DNA of 14,788 nucleotides from a virus (Duplodnaviria; Heunggongvirae; Uroviricota; Caudoviricetes): IMG/VR virus record IMGVR_UViG_2554235189_000004, positions 1 to 14,788 of that record; one strand, 5' to 3'. Shown piece by piece: positions 8,337 to 14,788 of this stretch (position 1 is its first letter; each line of letters starts with the position of its first letter). The notes under the pieces were generated by a model. It saw only the letters and a program-made list of their open reading frames with translations, ran no database searches and was not told where the DNA came from. The position numbers and the translations under genes were made by a program.

Positions 8337-8815
8337 GAGAACTAAACCTCACCAAAGAACAGCATGAGTGGCTGAATGGCTGGCTTGAACTGTGGGGCGC
8401 ATGGGTTTATTCAGGTCGTCTGGAAAAGCGCATGAGCAGCGTAATAGCTAAATTCATGGAGAGCGTGGAGCCGGGAAGAGTTATGACAAGGCCAATGTGT
8501 AATGATGATGATGGAATGTTGATTTCTCAGGTCGTCGATTCCGTCATGTACATTGACAAGAAAGCCTTTGGCATCCTCCTCAGCTACTACGCCCACGGCT
8601 CTTCCAAGCACGCCATTGCATCTTACTATCATAGCGTCGCAAGACCTCGCAAGATGTTATGCCGGGGCGGCGGGCGCATTCAAAAACCATCGCTAGCAAC
8701 CTGTCGACGGGAAGTTGACGAAATCCTCAATGCCTCGTTGTTTATGATTTACCCGATTCTGGATAGTGCGTTTAAAAACCGGAAACGTGTAGAGAAAATT
8801 AAGCATGTAGCATAG
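8327..8815 (+). CDS. Q: Late-gene antitermination protein Q (non-lambda Q family, phage 21/82-like)
   Basis: 162 aa; GTG start 8327 after RBS 'gggagaagg'; …[18 protein letters not shown]…[18 protein letters not shown]… resembles Q-type antiterminators; sits immediately upstream of the late promoter/tRNA region. Confidence 0.7.
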
Positions 8816-8821
8816 AACGTG

Positions 8822-8905
8822 TTGACATCGTTGAGCAAATGAGCAACACTATTCGCATAAGCTGCCGTTAGTGACTCTTAAGTTGCAACGGTGGCTTTTT
8901 TTATT
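8822..8905 (+). promoter_or_regulatory. Candidate Q-dependent late promoter (pR'-like) with short leader and tR'-like hairpin/T-run
   Basis: 'ttgaca' at 8822-8827; imperfect hairpin around 8862-8895 followed by 'ctttttttattt' (8896-8907). The -10 element is not clearly identifiable, so this is positional inference. Confidence 0.3.
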
Positions 8906-9090
8906 TGGGTCAATCGTATAAAGGTCATTAGAGCCTGTAACTGTTTTTCGTCCATAAATTAACCTTCATTTGATGCTGGATTGAACATATCAAAATCAGG
9001 CAATTACACAAATCTATGTACAGGCTCTTTGTGCCTGACGTTAAAAGATTTTTTACAAGAATAATTTTGAATCAGTGAATTTGTGAACTC

Positions 9091-9119
9091 TTGCAACATT
9101 GATTTCGTAACGTTATTAT
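9091..9119 (+). promoter_or_regulatory. Sigma70-like promoter for the tRNA genes
   Basis: -35 'ttgcaa' (9091-9096), 17-nt spacer, -10 'tattat' (9114-9119); the tRNA 5' end follows 9 nt later. Confidence 0.55.
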
Positions 9120-9128
9120 CCTACGCTC

Positions 9129-9204
9129 GGCCCTTTAGCTCAGTGGTGAGAGCGAGCGACTCATAATCGCCAGGTCGCTGGTTCAAATCCAGCAAGGGCC
9201 ACCA
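9129..9204 (+). tRNA. ileZ: tRNA with CAU anticodon, ileX/ileZ-like (tRNA-Ile2, lysidine type) or Met
   Basis: Cloverleaf folded by hand: acceptor 'ggccctt'/'aagggcc', D stem gctc/gagc, anticodon loop 'ctcataa' (CAU), T arm gctgg-ttcaaat-ccagc, 3' ACCA. Close to E. coli ileX as I recall it. Confidence 0.85.
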
Positions 9205-9205
9205 A

Positions 9206-9282
9206 CCGCCATTAGCTCATCGGGATAGAACGCCAGCCTTCTAAGCAATCGGTCACTGGTTCGAACCCAGTACAACGCACCA
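9206..9282 (+). tRNA. tRNA-Arg(UCU)-like sequence, possibly degenerate (pseudo-tRNA)
   Basis: Contains argU-like blocks (ttagctca, ggataga, 'ccttctaag' giving a UCU anticodon, T arm actgg-ttcgaac-ccagt, 3' CCA), but I could not form a canonical acceptor stem or anticodon stem by hand. Confidence 0.45.
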
Positions 9283-9452
9283 CACTTATTTTCCCTCGCT
9301 CGCTTTTGCGGACCTTTTTTGTATCCGCGCCACGCCCGGCGCATACCAACCACAGAGCCTTTCGGGGGGGAGCTTACGGAGTGGTCAGTGTGACTTTCTC
9401 TGTGGGCAGATCGCTCCCGGGCGTTGGCTCACCCACCCAAAGGAACGTCACG

Positions 9453-9885
9453 ATGTTTGGTATTTTTGGTAAAAAAAGCCCGCAGAGCGGCAACGGAAAT
9501 TAAAAAGTTTGAAAAACGCGATCTGGCACAGGCGGTGATTAACGCCGCATACCTGGTGGCCTGTGCAGATGGTGAATGTGAGGCTTCCGAGAAAGCGAAG
9601 ATCGAACAGGTACTGCGTAATCAGCCAGCGCTGTCCGCGTTTACGTCAGAAATTAATGCGATGAGCGCAACCATTATCGGTCAGCTGGATACGAACTTTA
9701 AAATTGGTCGTCGTGCGGCGTTACGTGAGATCGAGGATGTGAAACACGATACGCGTGAAGCGGAAGATGTGCTGGATGTGGCGGTGGCCATTGCGGAGGC
9801 AGACGGCGAAATTGAGCCGGAAGAGCGCAAGGTGCTGGAAGAGATTGCCGGTGTTCTGGGTCTTCGTCTGGAGAATCACCAGTGA
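9453..9885 (+). pseudogene. TerB-domain (tellurite-resistance TerB-like) protein, reading frame broken at an A7 run (9471-9477)
   Basis: ATG 9453 with RBS 'aagga' gives MFGIFGKK then stops at 9503 (SPQSGNGN*); the +1 frame continues ARRAATEIKKFEKRDLAQAV…VACADGECEASEKAKIEQVLRN…VAVAIAEADGEIEPEERKVLEEIAGVLGL, a TerB-like twin-helix pattern. Six A's instead of seven would give one intact ORF of about 152 aa. Confidence 0.6.
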
Positions 9886-10049
9886 CGGTAAAACTGCGCC
9901 TGGCTGTGGCTGCACTCCTGCTGTTTCTGGTGGTGATGGTGGATTTCACCAGCAGAATCATGTCGGTGCTGGCGGATGGGGTGCTGGTCTGCGGCATTGT
10001 GGTATTGCTGTGGCCGGTGATAAAAAGAAACAGCCTGCATAATGCTTGA
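9882..10049 (+). CDS. Small hydrophobic membrane ORF (55 aa), GTG start overlapping the TerB-like stop
   Basis: GTGA overlap at 9882-9885; (M)TVKLRLAVAALLLFLVVMVDFTSRIMSVLADGVLVCGIVVLLWPVIKRNSLHNA has two predicted TM helices; below the ORF-track length cut-off. Confidence 0.35.
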   Translation: MTVKLRLAVAALLLFLVVMVDFTSRIMSVLADGVLVCGIVVLLWPVIKRNSLHNA

Positions 10050-10250
10050 TTTTTTTGTTTACTGTTTATTAAAAATACTACTGCATGGTGAATCCCCCTG
10101 TGCGGAGGGGCAATCAGCGAGTAGGTATATGGGATAATCGCGGATTCAGGTGCTGGTACTGAATTCACCGGGAGGCACCCGGCACCATGCTTTGCCACAA
10201 AAGTGTTATTTCTGTTTTTCTCAAACTATCATCGTTATCCCTTTATTTCC

Positions 10251-10277
10251 GGCTGCGCATGGCGCGGCCTTTTTTTT
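10251..10277 (+). terminator. Rho-independent terminator upstream of the nanS-p-like gene
   Basis: Stem 'ggctgcgc'/'gcgcggcc' (one G-U pair), 3-nt loop, followed by an 8-T run (10270-10277). Confidence 0.7.
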
Positions 10278-10363
10278 ACGACCAGCCACTGGCAGATGGT
10301 CATCCTGTGATTTGATTCCGGTTCCGGCTTTTTAACTCTGTTCCTGTACACGGGAGAAATTCG

Positions 10364-12214
10364 ATGTCGATTAAACATTATGATGTTGTCAGGGCGGCGT
10401 CGCCGTCAGACCTTGCGGAAAAGCTGACACACAAACTGAAAGAGGGCTGGCAGCCGTTTGGTAGTCCGGTGGCCATAACCCCTTATACCCTGATGCAGGC
10501 GATTGCAGCAGAAGGTGATGTGGTGGTCAGTGGTGCAACTGAGCCGGATTGGTACTACGTCATCGTACTGGCCGGGCAGTCCAATGCAATGGCTTACGGT
10601 GAAGGGCTTCCGCTTCCGGATTCATACGATGCTCCGGATCCGCGCATTAAACAGCTGGCGCGCCGCAGTACAGTGACGCCGGGTGGGGCTGCCTGCAGAT
10701 ATAACGATATTATTCCGGCCGACCACTGCCTGCATGATGTGCAGGATATGAGTACGCTGAATCATCCGAAGGCAGACCTGAGCAAAGGGCAGTACGGCTG
10801 TGTCGGCCAGGGCTTACATATTGCCAAAAAACTGCTTCCGTATATCCCGAATAACGCGGGGATCCTGCTGGTACCATGCTGTCGTGGTGGTTCGGCATTC
10901 ACCCAGGGCGCGGAGGGGACATTCAGTGCGGACACGGGGGCCAGCCAGGATTCGGCACGCTGGGGTGTGGGTAAACCGTTATATCAGGACCTGATTGCGC
11001 GCACTAAAGCTGCATTACAGAAGAACCCGAAAAATGTGTTGCTGGCGGTGTGCTGGATGCAGGGAGAGTTTGACATGAGCGCCGCCACCCACGCACAGCA
11101 ACCTGCGCTGTTTACAGCCATGCTGACACAGTTTCGTGCTGACCTCTCCGTGTTTAACGCGCAGTGCCATGGTGGCAGTGCTGCAGATGTGCCGTGGATT
11201 TGTGGTGACACGACGTATTACTGGAAAAATACATACGCTACCCAGTACGACACCGTGTACGGCGGGTATAAAAACAGGGAGAGTGAGGGCGTTTATTTTG
11301 TGCCCTTCATGACAGACGGTAACGGCGTCAATACCGCCACTAACGCGCCGGCAGAAGATCCGGATATTCCGGCATCAGGATATTACGGTGCGGCATCGAG
11401 AACGAATGGAAACCAGGTATCATCAAACCGCCCGACACATTTCAGTTCATGGGCGCGCAGGAGCATTATTCCGGATCGTCTGGCAACCGCTATTCTGAAC
11501 GCAGCCGGGCGCACCTCAGCCTTCATCAGTGGTAAGGCACCGGAAATCAAACCCTCGCCCGGCGGCAACACGCCATCGGGTCCGTCTGCAGATACGTCCG
11601 TTCGCACAATCTCCCTGCTGCCGGCAGCCGGAGAGGCTGCTGCGCAGGGCTGGAGCATTAAGGATGGCGGAATTCAGTTGTCAGATGGTGTATTTAAGAT
11701 CACCAAGCAGAGCAATAAAACCTGGTCCCTGACGCATCCGGTGGATGACGCAATTACCCTGCTGACACAGGGCGGCAGACTGACCTGTAAGTTCCGCCTG
11801 TCAGGCGCACTGACCAACAATCAGTTCGGGCTGGGGATTTATCTGTATACGGATGCTCCCGTTCCTGATGGTGTGGCGATGACGGGTACCGGTAATCCGT
11901 TCCTGATGTCGTACTTCACTCAGACCACTGACGGCAGAGTGAATCTGATGCATCACAGGAAAGCCGGAAACACGAAGCTGGGGGAGTTCGGCGATTACGG
12001 TAACGACTGGCAGACGCTGGAGCTGGTGTTCACCGCCGGCAGTACCACGGTTACTCCGAAACTGAATGGAGTGGCTGGCCCGGCATTCCAGGTTATAAAA
12101 GACAGTCTGACACTGGGACTGAATGCGCTGACGCTGACGGATGTTACAAAAAATGCAGCGTATGGCGTTGAGATAGAAAGTCTGATGCTGGAGATAAATG
12201 CACCGGCAGCATAA
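10364..12214 (+). CDS. nanS-p: Prophage NanS-p-like 9-O-acetyl sialate esterase (N-terminal DUF1737-like, SGNH-type esterase core, C-terminal domain)
   Basis: 616 aa; MSIKHYDVVRAASPSDLAEKLTHKLKEGWQPFGSPVA…VIVLAGQSNAMAYGEG… (GQSN esterase motif). RBS 'gggag'. Occupies the position that NanS-p holds downstream of stx in Stx phages. Confidence 0.8.
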   Translation: MSIKHYDVVRAASPSDLAEKLTHKLKEGWQPFGSPVAITPYTLMQAIAAEGDVVVSGATEPDWYYVIVLAGQSNAMAYGEGLPLPDSYDAPDPRIKQLARRSTVTPGGAACRYNDIIPADHCLHDVQDMSTLNHPKADLSKGQYGCVGQGLHIAKKLLPYIPNNAGILLVPCCRGGSAFTQGAEGTFSADTGASQDSARWGVGKPLYQDLIARTKAALQKNPKNVLLAVCWMQGEFDMSAATHAQQPALFTAMLTQFRADLSVFNAQCHGGSAADVPWICGDTTYYWKNTYATQYDTVYGGYKNRESEGVYFVPFMTDGNGVNTATNAPAEDPDIPASGYYGAASRTNGNQVSSNRPTHFSSWARRSIIPDRLATAILNAAGRTSAFISGKAPEIKPSPGGNTPSGPSADTSVRTISLLPAAGEAAAQGWSIKDGGIQLSDGVFKITKQSNKTWSLTHPVDDAITLLTQGGRLTCKFRLSGALTNNQFGLGIYLYTDAPVPDGVAMTGTGNPFLMSYFTQTTDGRVNLMHHRKAGNTKLGEFGDYGNDWQTLELVFTAGSTTVTPKLNGVAGPAFQVIKDSLTLGLNALTLTDVTKNAAYGVEIESLMLEINAPAA

Positions 12215-12221
12215 TAAAAAA

Positions 12222-12251
12222 AGCCAGCGTCCACTCTGAAGGACGCTGGCT
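12222..12251. other. Perfect 11-bp stem hairpin directly after the nanS-p stop, with A-run 5' on + strand (T-run 3' on minus strand)
   Basis: 'agccagcgtcc'-actctgaa-'ggacgctggct'; flanked by 'aaaaaaa' upstream and 'aaaa' downstream, so the U-tract would be on the minus-strand transcript. Confidence 0.5.
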
Positions 12252-12426
12252 AAAACGGGTAGATGTACTTCACATGATACTTATATTTGGCAGTACATTT
12301 TCTGACAGACAGTGACGGATGTTGTCAAGATATTGTGTCATTTATAACCTGAATCAGGGGTTGGTCGGAATGTTATCTGGCATTTTTAGCAGAGCCTGAA
12401 TGCCATAATCACGGCTCCCGGAGTTG

Positions 12427-12460
12427 GCCGTCAGTGGGTGACACTGGCGGCTTTTTGTTT
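12427..12460 (+). terminator. Terminator-like hairpin with T-run upstream of the holin start
   Basis: 10-bp stem 'gccgtcagtg'/'cactggcggc' (one G-U pair), loop 'ggtga', then 'tttttgtttt'. Confidence 0.5.
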
Positions 12461-12506
12461 TCCTTTACTTTCATTTTCTGTCGGCGGTGACGGAGACATA
12501 CATCAG

Positions 12507-12713
12507 ATGGAAAAAATCACAACGGGTGTGTCATACACCACGTCAGCGGTGGGGACGGGATACTGGTTACTGCAGCTGCTGGACAAAGTCTCTCCGTCCC
12601 AGTGGGTGGCAATAGGTGTACTGGGGAGTCTGCTGTTTGGCCTGCTGACGTATCTGACTAACCTGTATTTCAAAATCAGGGAGGACCGCCGTAAGACGGC
12701 GCGGGGAGACTAA
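12507..12713 (+). CDS. S: Holin (class II / pinholin-like, 68 aa)
   Basis: ATG 12507 after 'ggag'; [68 protein letters not shown] has two TM segments and a charged C-terminus; the track ORF from 12438 is a 5' extension running through the upstream hairpin. Confidence 0.75.
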   Translation: MEKITTGVSYTTSAVGTGYWLLQLLDKVSPSQWVAIGVLGSLLFGLLTYLTNLYFKIREDRRKTARGD

Positions 12714-12717
12714 AGCG

Positions 12718-12987
12718 ATGAAGAAAAAATACGAACTGGTTGTTAAAGAGATAAATAATTACCCGGATAAGATTGCTGTTACTGTGGCACTTGAAATTGG
12801 CGGGCATCCGTCGTTGTTGTTGCCAGATGTGGCGATTAGTCTTGACCGTACTGAAGGAGCCACGCTGGAGTTTTACGAAGCTGAGGCGAAAAAGCAGGCG
12901 AAGCAGTTTTTCATGGATGTTGCTGCCGGGTTATGTGAAGGGGATGGTCCGTTGCCGGAAAAGCGGCCCATCATTTTAGAGGCGTAG
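12718..12987 (+). CDS. Hypothetical protein (89 aa) between holin and endolysin
   Basis: MKKKYELVVKEINNYPDKIAVTVALEIGGHPSLLLPDV…; soluble, no family recognised. Confidence 0.5.
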   Translation: MKKKYELVVKEINNYPDKIAVTVALEIGGHPSLLLPDVAISLDRTEGATLEFYEAEAKKQAKQFFMDVAAGLCEGDGPLPEKRPIILEA

Positions 12988-13112
12988 GATGTGTTGATAA
13001 CCTACAGAGGAAAACTACCGGGAATAATTACTGGTTCTCTGAAGACTCCACCGCTGGCCTGAAGACTTAACATATCCAGGGATTTGAAATCGATAAATCC
13101 TGATAAATATCC

Positions 13113-13646
13113 ATGAACGCAAAAATCAGATACGGCCTGTCGGCTGCCGTTCTGGCGCTGATTGCCGCAGGTGCGCCTGCGCCTGAAATCCTCGACCAGT
13201 TTCTGGATGAAAAGGAAGGTAACCACACCACGGCATACCGTGATGGCGCGGGTATCTGGACCATCTGCCGCGGTGCCATCCTGGTGGATGGTAAACCTGT
13301 CGTTCCGGGCATGAAGTTGTCGAAGGAAAAATGCGACCGGGTTAACGCCATTGAGCGTGATAAGGCGCTGGCATGGGTGGCGAAAAACATCAGAGTGCCA
13401 CTGACCGAACCCCAGAAAGCGGGGATTGCGTCATTCTGTCCGTACAACATTGGCCCCGGTAAGTGTTTCCCGTCGACGTTTTACAGACGGATTAATGCTG
13501 GTGACCGCAGGGGAGCATGCGAGGCGATTCGCTGGTGGATTAAGGACGGTGGCAGAGACTGCCGTATTCGCTCAAATAACTGTTATGGTCAGGTATCCCG
13601 TCGTGACCAGGAGAGCGCTCTGGCGTGCTGGGGAATCGACAGATAA
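13113..13646 (+). CDS. R: SAR-type endolysin (T4-lysozyme-like muramidase with N-terminal signal-anchor-release domain)
   Basis: 177 aa; N-terminal weakly hydrophobic Gly/Ala-rich segment YGLSAAVLALIAAGAPAP followed by the E…D…T catalytic pattern (…DEKEGNHTTAYRDGAGIWTICRG…). Confidence 0.85.
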   Translation: MNAKIRYGLSAAVLALIAAGAPAPEILDQFLDEKEGNHTTAYRDGAGIWTICRGAILVDGKPVVPGMKLSKEKCDRVNAIERDKALAWVAKNIRVPLTEPQKAGIASFCPYNIGPGKCFPSTFYRRINAGDRRGACEAIRWWIKDGGRDCRIRSNNCYGQVSRRDQESALACWGIDR

Positions 13647-13755
13647 GCAGAATATTTTGCTGAAAAATGACGTTGGCCAGCGCGGGCGGATAACACGAAA
13701 TCCTGCGAACTGGCAAAATGTAAGTGAATAAAGTTAGGCAGATTATTTCACGCAG

Positions 13756-13785
13756 AGGCACCGTAATGGTGCCTTTGTCATTTCT
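13756..13785 (+). terminator. Candidate terminator hairpin downstream of the endolysin
   Basis: Stem 'aggcacc'/'ggtgcct' with loop 'gtaat', followed by T-rich 'ttgtcatttc'. Confidence 0.35.
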
Positions 13786-13919
13786 GCGCTTCGCACAAGC
13801 GTAAATAAACCAAAGAACCTTTCAGGATGAGCCCTGGTGGATAACCGGCAGTGGTCTGGTTAACCCTCTTTGGGCTGGTTATTCCTGTGCGCAGGGTTCA
13901 TCACTAAAAGGAATCAACC

Positions 13920-14480
13920 ATGAAAGAGATGATTTCTATCGATCATGAAATATCCATGAGTAGTCTGGATTTTCTGAATAACATTATTAATCCAGCCCGG
14001 GCAGAAGCCGGAGAAGTCCCTCATGAACCGCGTAAGTTTCTTGCAAAAATTGAGGATGAGCTAGAGCTTGATGGAACCGGAAAAAAATTCCGGTTAAACA
14101 ATAACCAGACAAGAACGGCATACTATGATCTGGATTTTGACCAGATGATGCTCGTTGGCATGAGGGAGTCAAAGGCCGTTCGTCGTTCTGTGCTGGCAAG
14201 ACTCAAAGCGATGCATGGTATTCAGATCCCCCGGACTTTACCTGAGGCGTTGCGATTTGCGGCAAAACTGGCTGAACAGAAAGCAGTGCTGGAAAATCAA
14301 CTGGCAATAGCAGCGCCGAAGGCTGAATTTGTTGATAAATATGTTGAAGCATCTGGTCTGATGGGATTCCGGGAAGTTGCTAAGTTACTCGGTATCAAAG
14401 AAACCGATTTCCGGCTGTTTTTGTTGGAGAACGGAATAATGTATCGCCTCGCTGGAAAAATGACGCCTTACTCGCATTGA
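13920..14480 (+). CDS. ant: Phage antirepressor-like protein (Ant/KilA-C type), C-terminus probably truncated by the IS insertion
   Basis: 186 aa; RBS 'aaagga'; …RLNNNQTRTAYYDLDFDQMMLVGMRESKAVRRSVLARLKAMHG… resembles antirepressor C-terminal domains; the TGA stop at 14478-14480 is the first three bases of the IS terminal repeat. Confidence 0.6.
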   Translation: MKEMISIDHEISMSSLDFLNNIINPARAEAGEVPHEPRKFLAKIEDELELDGTGKKFRLNNNQTRTAYYDLDFDQMMLVGMRESKAVRRSVLARLKAMHGIQIPRTLPEALRFAAKLAEQKAVLENQLAIAAPKAEFVDKYVEASGLMGFREVAKLLGIKETDFRLFLLENGIMYRLAGKMTPYSH

Positions 14481-14788
14481 ACCGCCCCGGAAATCCTGGA
14501 GACTAAACTCCCTGAGAAAGAGGTAAACAGGATGACTAAAAATACTCGTTTTTCCCCCGAAGTCCGTCAGCGGGCGATTCGTATGGTTCTGGAAAGTCAG
14601 GATGAATATGACTCACAGTGGGCGGCAATTTGTTCCATTGCCCCAAAGATTGGCTGTACGCCGGAGACTCTGCGTGTCTGGGTTCGCCAGCATGAGCGGG
14701 ATACCGGGAGTGGTGATGGTGGACTCACCACCGCTGAACGTCAGCGTCTGAAAGAGCTGGAACGTGAAAATCGTGAACTGCGCCGCAG
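14478..14788 (+). mobile_element. Left end of an IS3-family (IS629/IS1203-like) element; continues past the window end
   Basis: Terminal repeat 'tgaaccgccccggaaatcctggagactaaactccc' beginning with 5'-TG; followed by the orfA start. Confidence 0.85.
14533..14788 (+). CDS. IS3-family transposase OrfA (HTH domain), partial at the window edge
   Basis: RBS 'aaagagg' then ATG 14533; [85 protein letters not shown] matches IS629-type OrfA as I recall it. Confidence 0.85.

Noticed and set aside
9698-10198. 166-aa minus-strand ORF and the 9755-10042 + strand ORF overlapping the TerB-like gene end
   Set aside because: They overlap the TerB-like coding frame and the small TM ORF; compositions are Arg/Trp/Pro-rich and not protein-like; the region is GC-rich enough to give long spurious frames.
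9283-10363. Shiga toxin genes between the tRNAs and nanS-p
   Set aside because: No ORFs of stxA (about 320 aa) or stxB (about 90 aa with signal peptide) size or character are present; the interval holds the TerB-like gene and a small TM ORF.
10710-12234. Several 60-90 aa ORFs on both strands inside nanS-p (10710-10898, 10800-10994, 10984-11211, 11383-11658, 11529-11732, 11995-12234)
   Set aside because: All are nested within the 616-aa esterase gene, with no RBS and compositions typical of off-frame translation of GC-rich coding DNA.
12438-12713. Holin with a 23-residue N-terminal extension starting at 12438
   Set aside because: The extension runs through a terminator hairpin and lacks an RBS; ATG 12507 has an upstream 'ggag' and gives a typical 68-aa holin.
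13002-13761. ORFs overlapping the endolysin (13002-13226 -, 13067-13450 -, 13426-13731 +, 13540-13761 -)
   Set aside because: They overlap the well-supported SAR endolysin frame; no independent start signals.

Overview
This window is the early-right to late/lysis portion of a lambdoid prophage of an Escherichia-like host, apparently stx-negative but with Stx-phage-like architecture. All calls are from reading the sequence and recalling protein families; no searches were run. Gene order on the + strand: O (3' fragment with lambda-type ori iterons), P, ren, a tR2-like terminator, a nin-region block (two small hypotheticals, Lar-like zinc ribbon, NinB, phage Dam methyltransferase, NinE), an AT-rich island, an HNH-AP2 endonuclease inserted at the 5' end of ninG, NinG, Ser/Thr phosphatase, antiterminator Q, two tRNA-like genes, a frameshifted TerB-like gene plus a small membrane ORF where stx would sit, NanS-p-like esterase, holin, an 89-aa ORF, SAR-type endolysin and an antirepressor. 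The segment is bracketed by two directly oriented IS3-family (IS629-like) ends, at 1-58 and from 14478 onward. The most unusual content is the AT-rich island at about 3670-6440: a 590-aa minus-strand ORF of unknown family with a Ser/Thr/Asn-rich N-terminus, a duplicated LTLNDFLDN motif and hydrophobic segments, next to a perfect (ATTTCT)10 hexanucleotide repeat.
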